This document shows positions 25,770 through 40,042 of a stretch of DNA of 64,000 bases, piece by piece. The notes beneath the pieces are model-generated. The model did not search any database. It was not told the DNA's origin and was given only the letters and a program-made list of their open reading frames with translations. The stretch's first letter is position 1, and the number at the start of each line of letters is the position of its first letter. Made by a program: the position numbers and the translations under genes. The stretch comes from Octopus vulgaris. Its lineage: Eukaryota. The stretch is from positions 199,578,001-199,642,000 of the forward strand of contig OX597814.1 of assembly GCA_951406725.2 (NCBI GenBank), given 5' to 3'.

Positions 25770-25930
25770 TACGACGGGCTTCTTTCAGTTTCCGCCCACC
25801 AAATCCACTCACAAGGCTTTGGTTAGCCCGAGGCTATAGACACTGGCCCGCAAGGTGCCACGCAGTGGGACTGAATCCGGAACCATGTAGTTCGTAAGCA
25901 AGCTACTTACCACACAGCCACTCCTGCGCC
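25770..25930 (-). mobile_element. SINE family A, 5' half
   Basis: Head and CORE up to the TA tract. Confidence 0.88.
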
Positions 25931-25950
25931 TATTATATATATATATATAA

Positions 25951-26024
25951 GCTTTTGTGTGTTTAGTGATATGTGGATATATATATATATATATATATAT
26001 ATGCTTTTGTGTGTTTAGTGATAT

Positions 26025-26075
<51 letters not shown>

Positions 26076-26245
26076 TTTTGTGTGTTTAGTGATATGTGGA
26101 TATATATATATATATATATATGCTTTTGTGTGTTTAGTGATATGTGGATATATATATATATATATATATATGCTTTTGTGTGTTTAGTGATATGTGGATA
26201 TATATATATATATATATATATGCTTTTGTGTGTTTAGTGATATGT

Positions 26246-26287
<42 letters not shown>

Positions 26288-26416
26288 TTTTGTGTGTTTA
26301 GTGATATGTGGATATATATATATATATATATATATGCTTTTGTGTGTTTAGTGATATGTGGATATATATATATATATATATATATATGCTTTTGTGTGTT
26401 TAGTGATATGTGGATA
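25951..26416. repeat. Minisatellite: 9 units of gcttttgtgtgtttagtgatatgtgga + (TA)n
   Basis: Direct count. Confidence 0.95.
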
Positions 26417-27174
26417 TACGTGTATATATGCATAGGCATACGTACATATATGCATATATGAGAGTATCTATATGTATGTCATTTTATGTACGATTATATT
26501 TACATATGTAATATGGGTGTGTCTGCAAGTGTGTGACGTGTTTACGTGCGAATTTGCGTTCGTCGCGCTTGTCTATTCTTCTATCTCTCTTCCTTGTTTC
26601 AATACAAACATTACAGCCAACATATTTTGATAACTGCATTGTAGAAACGGTTTGTTTCTGTCTGTTTTTTTTTTCCCCCAGTAAAATATATATATATTCC
26701 TTCGTGCGTATATATTCATATAACCGTAACGAGCACAGAAAACAATTTTTGTGTATGAAATAGCATCGTTTCTTTTCTTTTAGCTTCAAGAGAGAGAGAG
26801 AGTCTCATATCTCACTAATAGCAGGTTGATATATCGTCTTATTGTGCATTCACACCTTCGCCTGTATTAAGTTACACAATAATGATATCGGTGCGGATAG
26901 GATAATAATCATTCAGTTGATAACAGCTGACAACTGGAATGTCCCGCAGCGTAAAGCTACCGCCAACATGATGTAGATACATATATTTATACGATTTCAG
27001 ATATGTATAAAAAAAATATATACGTCCTATAACCGCTCGCACATTTCCTTAATACGATATAATCTCTGCCTTGGATAATGTGCATACATTGTTGTGTGTA
27101 TATATACTATCTGACATCTCTGCTTACGTACGAGTTCGCGTATAATAAGCCCACAACACACACGCAAATATATT

Positions 27175-27348
27175 TTGTATGTGTGTGTACGTGTGCAGTT
27201 CTGTGAGCGCGCGCCGTGTCTGTGTGTGTGTGTTTGTGTGTCTGTGTGTGTATATGTGTGTGTATATATGTGTGTGTATATATGTGTATGTATATATGTG
27301 TGTGTATATATATGTGTGTGTATATATGTGTGTGTGTATATGTGTGTG

Positions 27349-27381
<33 letters not shown>

Positions 27382-27838
27382 ATATATGTGTGTGTGTGCA
27401 TATATGTGTGTGTGTGTGTATACATATATGTGTGTATATATATATGTGTGTGTGTATATATGTGTGTATATATATATGTGAGTGTATATATATATGTGTG
27501 TGTATATATATGTGTGTGTATATATATATATGTGTGTGTATATATATGTGTGTATGTGTGTGTATATATATGTGTGTGTGTGTGTATATATGTGTGTGTG
27601 TGTATATATATATGTGTGTGTGTATATATATATATGTGTGTGTGTGTGTGTATATATGTGTGTGTGTGTGTATATATATATATATGTGTGTGTGTGTGTG
27701 CGTGTGTATGTATATGTGTGTGTGCGTGTGAGTGTATATATCTGTGCGAATATGTGTGTGCGTGTGTGTATTTATCGCCAGCTAAATGAGATTATCTTAA
27801 GGAACTAGTTTGTGTGTGTGTGTGTATGTGTGTGTGTA
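27175..27838. repeat. Compound (TG)n/(TA)n microsatellite
   Basis: Alternating purine-pyrimidine tract. Confidence 0.95.
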
Positions 27839-28713
27839 TTACTTGCTCCAGTCATTAGACTTCGGCCTTCCTGGGGCACCACCTTGAATTTTTTATCGAA
27901 CGACTCAATTCCAGGACTTTATGTTTTTTTAAAGCCTACTACTTATATATATACGTATAGACAGGTATTTAATAACTATGCACCATGAATAAGTGTTTTA
28001 AAATGTTCTGAAGTAAGCGAAGGCAGTTTTTTTCTGGCTGAAGAAAATGTATTGTTTTAAAGTTTAAATTGTTAATAATTAGATTGAAAAACTCAGACAC
28101 GTCAGTTTTTAATTAGAATTTCCTCCCACCCTTAAATAAAATGTCTTTTATTTTATTCATTCTTTCTTTAATGTTTTAGAAAAAAACATCTGTTCTGTAG
28201 AAAATAAAGTAAGAAGTCAACATAAACAAAAACGTACCTAGATAAAGAATAAAAAGAACAAAAGTCGATTCTTGTAAAGGAATTATGAAAAAACACAGGT
28301 AAAAACGGAACTCGGTCATCTTGGAATAAATTCCTTGTGTGTGTGTTTTGTTAATTGAATCAACGCGCCACTGCTATCTTTATTTACGAATGTATAAATT
28401 TTTCACTTTCGAAGTTGGTTAAGAAACGATGGATTCTGCACAGAACCCTTACTGCTACATGTAAATATTACTATCACTACTATTACTACTACTACAACAA
28501 CTACTACTACTACTATTACTACTACTACTACTACAACTAACTGTTGGTGCTGCACGGAAAGTACCTTAGCCGTCGTCGTCGTCGTCGCTGTGACTATTCG
28601 AGTTAAGCGAGCTTGTCATTAGTAGTTTCTGCATCTTGCTGTGGTCGCTATCCTAGTTTATGTAGTGTAGTTGGTCGTGCTCCGACCAGGCTCGGGACTA
28701 AAACTAAAACAAT

Positions 28714-28816
28714 ATGGATGAATGTAACACCCCCTCGCATGTCGTTCACGAACATAGACATATAAAAAAGTGTAAAAGTGCCACGTTTACCTTGGATGGC
28801 ACTTCCTATACTATCG
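28714..28816 (+). CDS. PDE1C: First coding exon of a Ca2+/calmodulin-dependent cyclic nucleotide phosphodiesterase 1 (PDE1C-like long isoform)
   Basis: aatATGG start; MDECNTPSHVVHEHRHIKKCKSATFTLDGTSYTI resembles the recalled vertebrate PDE1C N-terminus KKCRSATFSIDGYSFTI; ends at consensus donor G|GTAAGT (phase 1); homology from memory, not searched. Confidence 0.75.
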
Positions 28817-28877
28817 GTAAGTTTCGACTCGTACATTATGATTATTATTATTATTATCATCATCATCATCATTGTTA

Positions 28878-29665
28878 TTTTCCGCTGTGGTCAACTTTGC
28901 CTTTCAGCCTTCCGGGGTCGATAAAATAAAGTACCAGTTATATAACTGGGGTCGATATAATCGACTTCACCATCCCCTCAAAACTGCTGGCTTTGTGCTA
29001 AAATTATTATTATTATTATTATTTCTTATTTTTCGCTGTGGTCAACTTTGCCTTTCAGCCTTCCGGGGTCGATAAAATAAAGTACCAGTTATATAACTGG
29101 GGTCGATATAATCGACTTCACCATCCCCTCAAAACTGCTGGCTTTGTGCTAAAATTATTATTATTATTATTATTTCTTATTTTTCGCTGTGGTCAACTTT
29201 GCCTTTCAGCCTTCCGGGGTCGATAAAATAAAGTACCAGTTATATAACTGGGATCGATATAACCGACTTTACCATCCCCTCAAAACTGCTGGCCTCGGGC
29301 TAAAATTATTATTATTATTAACATCATTATTATTATTATTATTATTTCTTATTTTTCGCTGTGGTCAACTTTGCCTTTCAGCCTTCCGGGGTCGATAAAA
29401 TAAAGTACCAGTTATATAACTGGGGTCGATATAACCGACTTTACCATCCCCTCAAAACTGCTGGCCTTGTGCTAAAATTATTATTATTATTATCATCATT
29501 ATTATTATTATTATTATTTCTTATTTTTCGCTGTGGTCAACTTTGCCTTTCAGCCTTCTGGGGGTCGATAAAATAAAGTACCAGTTAAATAACTGGGGTC
29601 GATATAACCGACTTTACCATCCCCTCAAAACTGCTGGCCTCGTGCTAAAATTATTATTATTGTTG

Positions 29666-29705
<40 letters not shown>

Positions 29706-29710
29706 CATTA
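28878..29710 (+). repeat. Tandem array of 5 headless SINE family B bodies (~151-172 bp) with (ATT)n spacers
   Basis: Units start near 28878, 29029, 29180, 29352, 29524; each has gtcaactttgcctttcagccttc..gggtcgataaaataaagtaccag. Confidence 0.9.
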
Positions 29711-30568
29711 AGTGTCAAGTTTTTTAATTAAGTAAATACAGATTAATCGTGTGTTTTGGGGGCATTTCTCGTGCATTGTTGCATTTGTGTTCTTTTTTCT
29801 TTTTCTCTCTCTAAAACCAGCTAAGAAAACCAAATTACTTTTTCTTTCTCTTCTTATCGTATTTTCTAAGCTTGGCCGAGAGATTATACGTCAAGCCCGT
29901 ATGAATGTAAAAGTAACATGCGTGTGTGTTAAATAGTAACCAAGCTAAAACTAAGCGGGCAAGGGAGACTTTTTTACAAATATTTTCTCGCACCGATGCT
30001 CCCGTTCAGGCTTATCTATTTGTTTGACATTTAATCATTTTACTATTGTCTTGTTATTTTACATGTTTACACCGAATACTATTTCTACGGTTTGTAGTGT
30101 TATGAATTCTTAGGTATCTACCGAGAAGGCATGAATCATGTTCATAATACTTCTCTGCGCCCTAGTTTACTTGTTTGTTGTTTTAATTCAAACACTTAGT
30201 TTTCGGTTCGAAGTAGTTTGTTTACTATATAAGCCTATTAGGCGGGGGAAAGAGATAAACTTTACAACAGTCCACCGAGGCTGATTCTGACTTCTGTCTC
30301 CCGTACCAGTAATATACTGTGTCGATCCAATCAACAACTAGCTTCTCTACTAGTTTGTGGTCTTGTGGTAAACTTTAAACTGTTTATTGTGTACAAGTAA
30401 ACCGCCGTTTGTTTGTCACGCGGTTTCAATCCACGCTCGGAGCAGTTTTACTTAAGTTACAACCGGACAAATTCTTGTGGGTATAAGTGGAAGGACCTTA
30501 GGGGTGTAAGTTAGAATGGCTACAGCTTAGCATTATAAAAGCATTTCGAAGGGAGCTTCGGCTAATTA

Positions 30569-30600
<32 letters not shown>

Positions 30601-30935
30601 TAATTTCGACTTGTATGCGGCCAATTTTGAAGCGAGCCGTTCTACTAATCTAACTAAATGGTAAAAGTCAAACGCAGAATTTGAACTCGTACTGCAGAAA
30701 CAACTAAGTTTTCAAAAGCAGCTTCATTGTCTTGCTAGCATTAGTACCAGGTACAATGTATACTAATCACAACCACTAGGATTGTTACTTTAGCTTCTTT
30801 TTTTTTCTAAGATGCAACACAAAGCTCGTCTCCAGATTTCAGTTGACAATGCGGACACTCGGAGTTTGATATCATTTTTTAAGGTGGTTGCGTTTCTGAA
30901 CAACAACAACAACAACTATAATAATAATAATAATA

Positions 30936-30976
<41 letters not shown>

Positions 30977-31627
30977 CAGAAAGTCTTAGTGATAATAACT
31001 CAGAAATATAAAACTGTGATGGTCAGACTATTAAAAAAAAAATTAGCCATGAAGAATTTTTTTATTTTCTAAATGTCAATGGATACATCGCTTTATTGTA
31101 AAAGTGAAGTGTAGCCATATATCAGTTACCTGATCATTATTTTGTTGCATAAGGAATTACTTTAGCTGATGATACGTTGCGTGTCAACCCTTCCCTGTAA
31201 GAAAGTGGGTCCTGCAACGGAGTCTTTTATATCCATGATAAATCAATCCCATCGATTGTTTATAGAAATATGAAAGTGGGCGTGCCTTGTCGCAAGTGTC
31301 CGTTTTCGCTCAGGAAGGAGATGGGTCGGACGGCTCAGATACTTTTATGTATTCAGTCCTCACAGTGTTCGAGTTCACGTCTCAGGCTAATAAAAAGCAA
31401 GTTCCCGTTACCTACATTCTTTGGCTAAAATTGCAGGGCTGACCAAGAAGTTGTCTTTTATTTATATTTCTGTGCGACAACGCATCCTTGTCTCTATAAC
31501 ACACACATACTGTTAATACTTCAATAATGATTGTTTTTTTCATTCAGTTTTCCGATGCTACAGTATTAGAAGTCTTAGCCATTTAGTCTTTAGCCATTTA
31601 GGACATGATTGTATATATATATATATA

Positions 31628-31978
31628 TACTCTTACTCTTTTACTTGTTTCAGTCATTTGACTGCGGCCATGCTGGAGCACCACCTTTAGTCGAGCAAAT
31701 CGACCCCGGGACTTATTCTTTGTAAGCCCAGTACAACATCGGTTGTCAAGCAATGCTAGGGGGACAAACACAGACACACAAACACATACACACACTTATA
31801 TATATATACATATATACGACAGGCTTCTTTCAGTTTCCGTCTACCAAATCCACTCACAAGGCATTGGTCGGCCCGGGGCTATAGCAGAAGACACTTGCCC
31901 AAGATGCCACGCAGTGGGACTGAACCCGAACCATGTGGTTGGGTAGCAAGCTACTTACCACACAGCCACTCCTGCGCC
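31628..31978 (-). mobile_element. SINE family A with internal deletion
   Basis: Lacks the segment between gcccagtac and catcggttgtc. Confidence 0.9.
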
Positions 31979-32269
31979 TATATATATATAAAAATTTTAA
32001 AAAAAGGTCAGACGAGGTGTATAAGTCAAGAGGACCATCGGAGTGGATTTACATAGAGGTAGGATGGTGAAGTACCGAATGACATCGGCAAACAATTCTA
32101 AATGAATTGAAATATGCCTCTTAGTTTGTGAGAGAAAACAGAACTAGCAAACTCACATTCAAACAGCATACACATTTTCCGAAATCAACTTGTAATCCGT
32201 AGAAGACGGTCGGTCAGTCACTCACACAGGCATACAGCGGTGAAGCGTATATTAAAAAAATATTCTCTC

Positions 32270-32289
32270 ATTCTCTCTCTATCTATATA

Positions 32290-32348
<59 letters not shown>

Positions 32349-32397
32349 CATATGTGTGTGTATATATATATATATATACACACACACATATGTATAT

Positions 32398-32436
<39 letters not shown>

Positions 32437-32489
32437 CACATACATATGTGTGTGTATATATATATATATACACACACACATATGTATAT

Positions 32490-32526
<37 letters not shown>

Positions 32527-32736
32527 CACATACATATGTGTGTGTATATATATATACACACACACATATGTATATACACACACACGCACATATATATATA
32601 TATATATACAGATACATATGCGTGTATATATATATACACACATTTATATGTATATATACACACACATTTATATATGTATATATACACACACATTTATATG
32701 TGTATATATATATATGTATATATACACACACATTTA

Positions 32737-32778
<42 letters not shown>

Positions 32779-32791
32779 TATATATATATAT

Positions 32792-32847
<56 letters not shown>

Positions 32848-32950
32848 ACACACACACATATATATATATATGCATATATACACACATATATGCATATATA
32901 TAGACACAAACATATATATGTATATACACACACAGCTAGATAGATAGATA
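32270..32950. repeat. Compound TA/CA micro- and minisatellite
   Basis: Low-complexity tract. Confidence 0.95.
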
Positions 32951-33789
32951 GAGTTAAATGGGTAACTGCAGATAGATAGACTGACATCCTTCTTTTAGTT
33001 TTGTTTTTTTTGTGATTTTTCTTAAACCTTGTCAACTGATCTTATCTACATGAATTAGAATCGTCTTAGTCCAGTTCCCACTTAGTTACAAAGTAACTTA
33101 ATATCTTTCATCGTGTTTAAAATATTTTACAATTTAGAAAACAAAAATGCATGTTTTCTCAGCTATATCTTTTTAAATTGTTATTTAATGCTGTATTTGG
33201 GTTTGGAGTTCCTTCATCGTGTATAGACGTCTAAACATTTACTTTTTTCATGTTAAGACGATGGACATCCATTAACAGTTTCCTAAAAGTGTTTTTCTAG
33301 GCTTTAATGCACGCTCAGTGTCTGTTAATGAAAAGTAAGAATCCTAACTGTATAAGACAAGTAATTTCCTTTATAATATATGGGATACAGTGCAACGATT
33401 TCTCTTTACAAATATTTCAATTCACTTGTTTTAAGTAACATGTATATTTGAGAAAATATCTATCGGCATTACATTACGATAAATAGTGTCAACCATGAAC
33501 GATGTATGTGACATTAAGCGTTGAAGGAAAGGTGTTGATATATTCACATCTACTTCTATGTTGCTATGAATGGTGTTATATAGTTTAAGAATATACTTGT
33601 GGTTTGTTGTCAGTCAAATTCTTCACAAGAAGCGGGGGATATCTATGGCGGGTTTATAGAGAAATGAAAAAAAAAATTATTGAACAACATCGACTTGGAA
33701 ACTCTGTATAATTAGCCAGGAACAACTAATTAACACTTGGAGAATATTATAATTATCATATTACTTAATAAAAACACATCATTAACACA

Positions 33790-33800
33790 CACAGAGAGGC

Positions 33801-33847
<47 letters not shown>

Positions 33848-33906
33848 AACACATATACACAAACATACTCGACGTATGCATCGATGTGGATATGTTTATG
33901 CATGAA

Positions 33907-33952
<46 letters not shown>

Positions 33953-34280
33953 TGAATGAATCTATATAAATATGTGAATGTATATGGGTATACACGTATG
34001 TATGTATACATACATATATGCATGGATGCATATAGCTGAACGTATATGTATGTACTTACATAAAACAATATACATGTGCGCATATATATTTGTGTGTGTG
34101 TGTTGCACATTTGTAGAAATATATATATTCTGCATGTAGATGTATACTCGTATATAATTGAATATATGTACAATAAGTATGTACATATATACAATCAGTA
34201 TATATATGTGGATATTCATAATGTGTGTATATTCAGTATCTGCATGTACAGTTATGTATATATACTACGCAAATATATGA

Positions 34281-34311
<31 letters not shown>

Positions 34312-34392
34312 ATTTATTTATGTATGCATGCATATATGTATATATGTATGTATCATCTATCTCTTGAAGATGGAGGTCAAACAATTATGATG

Positions 34393-34431
<39 letters not shown>

Positions 34432-34471
34432 ACCACTATATATATATAACCACTATATATATATACAACCA

Positions 34472-34507
<36 letters not shown>

Positions 34508-35290
34508 ATCCATATATAGTTTGTGGGCATGCGTGTATATATACATATAGTGTGCATATGTATATATATATATATCAGATTCATATGTGTGTATGTGTAT
34601 GGACACTATATATACATGCATACTATATATATGTGTGTGTGCATATATTCATACATATATATATATATGCACACATATATACACACACACATATATACAG
34701 AGGAGGAGAAAGAGAGTTCGAATATATATCTTATGTATGTATTATATGCATACATATATATTATATGTATATATGGTATACGTATTTATATTATGTATAT
34801 ATATATAGTATACAAACATATATATATTATCATATGCATATATACTATATATATATATATATATATATAATGCATATATATTTTACCTATATATAAATTA
34901 TGTATGTAAATATGGTATACATATATATATTGTATGTACATGTGATGTCTATATATATACAAGATGTGATGTGTATACATATAGTATGCACGTATATGAT
35001 GCATATATAGTGTGCATATATATTTATATATAGTTATATATATATATGTATATATTTTATACATGTATATATGTATATATATATATATATATATATCATA
35101 CATGTGTATATTATGCATGTATGAATATGTATGTTTGCATATATAGATTATAAATCCCAGTGTATATATTCTAGTATGAATATATTTTACATACGTACGT
35201 GTAGATGTGTGCTGGCATATGTCTGAGTGTGTATGTGCATATATATATATATATAAAGTATATATATATATAGATTTCTATATATTTGTA

Positions 35291-35331
<41 letters not shown>

Positions 35332-35558
35332 ATATATATATGTGTGTGTATATATATATGTGTGTGTGTATATATATATGTGTGTGTGTATATATATATA
35401 TGTGTGTGTGTATATATATATATGTGTGTGTGTATATATATATATATATGTGTGTGTGTGTATATATATATATATGTGTGTGTGTATATATATATATGTG
35501 TGTGTATATATATATATATGTGTGTGTGTATATATATATATGTATGTGTGTGTGTATG

Positions 35559-35639
<81 letters not shown>

Positions 35640-35648
35640 GTGTGAGTG

Positions 35649-35691
<43 letters not shown>

Positions 35692-35700
35692 ATGTTATAT
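33790..35700. repeat. Extended degenerate TA/TG low-complexity region
   Basis: Low-complexity tract. Confidence 0.9.
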
Positions 35701-36101
35701 ATAAATTTTTTAAATGGAGCAAAAACGCAATAGATGGCATTAAAACGTTGGGACAGATATACGATACAAAGGTGGACCAGAGAAACAATTAGGACAGGCG
35801 AAAAAAGACGGGTCATTCTTGACTTTCTTTCATCATTCAAGTCCCAGAAGTCACGACCATTTCGGGCAGTTACACTTGAGATGGTTCGATCTGGTTGGTG
35901 ACCCTCTGCTCAGAGTGTTTCATCTTGGATATGATAAATATATATTTGTCCACTCTGTCCTGCGTATTGAGTTCTATATCAGATAATGCTTACACTCTGT
36001 AACATATTACTGATGAATCCTTACTTCTGTTGCAGTGCCACAGAGAGAGAGAGACAGACAGACAGATATATATATATATATTTATTTATTTATTTATATA
36101 C

Positions 36102-36132
<31 letters not shown>

Positions 36133-36531
36133 TACTCTTTTACTTGTTTCAGTCATTTGACTGTGGCCATGCTGGAGCACCGCCTTTAGTCGAGCAAATC
36201 GAACCCGGGACTTATTCTTTGTAAGCCCAGTACTTATTCTATCGGTCTCTTTTGCCGAACCGCTAAGTGACGGGGATGTAAACACACCAGCATCGGTTGT
36301 CAAGCAATGCTAGGGGAACAAACACAGACACACAAACACATACATACACACACATATATATATACATATACACGACAGGCTTCTTTCAGTTTCCGTCTAC
36401 CAAATCCATTCACAAGGCATTGGTCGGCCCGAGGCTATAGCAGAAGACACTTGCCCAAGATGCCACGCAGTGGGACTGAACCCGGAAGCATGTGGTTGGT
36501 AAGCAAGCTACTTACCACACAGCCACTCCTG
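36133..36531 (-). mobile_element. Full-length SINE family A
   Basis: Complete copy; shares aaggcattgg, ctatagcagaag and cccaagatgcc variants with copies at 5284, 31628 and 62000. Confidence 0.92.
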
Positions 36532-36864
36532 TATATATTCTTTTGTAGTGTCCGTTCCTGCTTGACAAGATGCTGCGCATGTCAATTAGCGTATCGTGTA
36601 GACGTCCCTTCATCGGCTAAAGCTTATAGCAAATACAAAATTGAACCTAAGCTCCCGAAAAAACTTAGTATTAGTTACTCTGTAGGGCTTTCTAAGATTT
36701 CCTCTATTGAATTGTCTTGTGTAGTATATATTTCCCTACCCACCAAAGATGAATGGTAAAAATCACCGTCAGCAACACCTGATCTCAGAGCTTACAGAAC
36801 CCAGAATACAACTTCAGAATGCATGGTCTAATATATATATATATTTTTTTTTTTTTTAAATTTA

Positions 36865-36990
36865 TTTTATCTAGTTTCAGCTCACGAGCTGTGGCCATGC
36901 TGGGGCACCGCCATTTGATGCATGAGAGAGTTCGATGCAGCTGCCCTCATCTGCACCTCTTGCCGTGAAGTTGGTTCATCCGGTTGGTTC
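36865..36990 (-). mobile_element. Retroposon 3' end sharing its tail with SINE family D
   Basis: atctagtttcagctcacgagctgtggccatgctggggcaccgccattt identical to ~55623-55670, but a different body. Confidence 0.7.
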
Positions 36991-36997
36991 ATATATA

Positions 36998-37393
36998 TCT
37001 CTTATTATAAAAGGCAGATTTTATCTGCCTCCCTTTGGGAGTTATACAAATCTACAATATAGGATTTCTTCAATTACAATTTACCTAGCATTTTTGAGAG
37101 TACAATGCATCGCGTCATGCCAGGTCCAGTTTTTAAAATTTAAACTCCAATTAAGCAAAATTTACAGAAAACTCACATTCTGGTGTGTGTGTCAAATGCT
37201 TTTCTTAGTCTGGTTTACACCACACGCAAACGCACACACACAGTGGGCAACGAATAAAATGAAAGTAAATAGCGACAGAGTGATTTGAGGAAGACTAAAG
37301 TGAAAGTATTCTGTCTATGACGCTGATAGATACATGAGTAAAATGTATGGGAGCTAAGAGTGAGTGAAAATGTTCTTGGAAGAGAGTAATTAG
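36998..37393 (+). mobile_element. Helitron-like 5' module
   Basis: TCTTATTATAAAAGGCAG start; first ~270 bp nearly identical to 38872-39142. Confidence 0.7.
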
Positions 37394-37424
37394 TAATAAA
37401 GTAAACATACACTCATACATACAT

Positions 37425-37488
<64 letters not shown>

Positions 37489-37824
37489 ACACACACACAC
37501 ACATACATACATACATACATACACACATACACACACACACATACATACATACATACATACACATACATACATACATACATATACATACATATACATACAT
37601 ACACACATACACACACACACAGTATTGAAGCTTGAGAACAATCAGATACATTTGCAACACATCTGTTGAAAATATTATTGTTCACACACACACATACATA
37701 TACATATATACATATATACATACAGACAGACAGACATATAGACACACACACACACATGATCCAGCATGGCCACAACCTCAAGGCTGAAACATATAAAAGA
37801 ATAACAGAATATAAATGTGTGCAA

Positions 37825-38170
37825 AGTACAAGAAATATTAATGCAGTATATGGGGATTGGACAATAAGCGTAAGGCAGTGTCAATGGTGGTTCCAGAAAT
37901 CCCGAGCCATAAACTACAGCCTAGAAGACGAGCCTCATCCTGAAAGATCTGTAGAACTCGACAAGGACATCCTGAAAACCCTGGTGGAACAAAATATCAT
38001 CGTAACTGTTGAGGAACTAGCAGAGAAGCTTGGATTTGGTCATTCAACCATTCATTGACACCTGTGTGCTATCGGAAAAGTCAGCAAATTGGGTCAATGG
38101 GTTCCTCACGAACTTTCCGAGTCTAATTGCATGCAGAGAGTGAATGTATGCTTTTCTTTGCTGTCATATC
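37825..38170 (+). pseudogene. Mariner transposase fragment
   Basis: RNINAVYG...SVRQCQWWFQK...LEDEP...TVEELAEKLG..HSTIH*HL...GQWVPHELSE (WVPHEL motif). Confidence 0.9.
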
Positions 38171-38193
38171 TCACCACTACTGCGCTATGTATA

Positions 38194-38830
38194 TCTATAT
38201 ATATAAAACTGTAGTTGTGTGAGTGTCTGTCCCCTTCGATTTAGATTCCTAACTACTCCCACATTTTGCGGTACAGTTTAACCAAATTCGGGTAGCTTAT
38301 AGTCGTGATTCATATCGAGCCCGTCTGAATATTAGCGCGCGTCTACGATGAGTCTACGATTTTAAAAATAATTTAACATCATTTTTTATTCCATTTTAAT
38401 GCATAATTTTTCGTGTGTCGATGGCGGCGGAGTTGGCGTCCACGCTCACACCTGCACCTGTGGGAAAGGGAGTGTAAGGAAATCAACGTCGTAATGCGTT
38501 GTCAAGGAGACCAGTGTTCTTTTAGAACAACGACTTCATGGCTTGAAGACACCAAAACAGAAATGGCTAAGAAAGCGTCTACATGAGTCTACGATTTAAA
38601 AAAAAATTTACCATCGTTTTTTTTCCATTTTAATGCATTTTTTCGCTATTATATAAGGGAAGTAACTCTCTAAAAATGTCTACGATGTGTCAACGATTTT
38701 TTAAAAAAATTTACCATCATATTTTTTCCATTTTTAATGCATTTTTTGCTATTTTTTGGCTATAACTCTCTAAAAATGCTTATATAGTTATTTCCCTTAC
38801 AAACCCGAGCAACGCCGGGCGATACTGCTA

Positions 38831-38831
<1 letters not shown>
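38194..38831 (+). mobile_element. Non-autonomous Helitron (same family as 1685-2190)
   Basis: A|TCTATATATATAAAA start; CCCGAGCAACGCCGGG hairpin then CTAG|T; internal tctacgat repeats. Confidence 0.88.
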
Positions 38832-38871
<40 letters not shown>

Positions 38872-38874
<3 letters not shown>

Positions 38875-40042
38875 TATTATAAAAGGCAGATTTTATCTGC
38901 CTCCCTTTGGGAGTTATACAAATCTACAATATAGGATTTCTTCAATTACAATTTACCTAGCAGTTTTAAGAGTACAATGCATCGCGTCATGCCAGGTTCA
39001 GTTTTTAAAATTTAAACTCCAATTAAGCAAAATTTACAGAAAACTCACATTCTGGTGTGTGTGTCAAATGCTTTTCTTAGTCTGGTTTACACCACACGCA
39101 AACGCACACACACAGTGGGCAACGAATAAAATGAAAGTAAATGTAATATTTGTTTCTGTCTATCACGCTGATAGATACATGAGTAAAATGTATGGGAAGC
39201 TAACAGATAACAGTGAGTGAAAATGTTCTTGGAAGAGAGTAAATTAGCGACAGTGATTTGAGGAAGACTAAACTGAAACTATGAAACAGTGTTTATGTAT
39301 AAACAGACGACACTTATATAAACCCTTTCGTTACCAAACCGCCCGAATTTACCTATTCATATTTAAATGAGAATATCAGAGTAAATCTCTTTAGTACATT
39401 CGTGAAAACCCGTATTATACTTCGTAAACACATCAAATACAGTTTTGTACAAAAATCGAAGTGTAATTTTAATTCCGTGAATTATGGGAGATTTTTTTCC
39501 GAAATTTGTTCCTATTGTGTTTTCAAAATTTGTAATTCTGACAAAAAATGGATACGAATTTCATTATATCAAGCAGCGAGTCAGAATTCGAAGGATTTTC
39601 TACTGAAGACCTTCATAAATCTAACTCTATCACTGAAAAAAAAAGCATCTTTATATAAGAGTGAAGTTGTGTGTCTGTCCCCTTCGATTTACATTCGTAA
39701 TTACTCCCACATTTTGCGGTGCAGTTTAACCAAAAGCGGGTATCTTATAGTCGTGATTCATATCGAGCCCTTCTGGGTATTAGCGCGCGTCTACGATGAG
39801 TCTACGATTTTAAAAAAATTTACCATCATATTTTTCCATTTTAATGCATTTTTTTCGCTTTTATATAAGGGAAGTAACTCTCTAAAAATATCTACGATGT
39901 GTCAACGATTTAAAAAAAATTTACCTTAATTTTTTTTCAATTTTTAATGCATTTTTTTTGCTATTTTTTGGCTATAACTCTCTAAAAATGCTTATATAGT
40001 TATTTCCCTTACAACCCGAGCAACGCCGGGCGATACTGCTAG
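38872..40042 (+). mobile_element. Composite Helitron with second internal 5' end at 39648
   Basis: A|TCTTATTATAAAA start; internal ATCTTTATATAAGAGTGAAGTTGTGTG; same hairpin and CTAG|T end. Confidence 0.8.
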
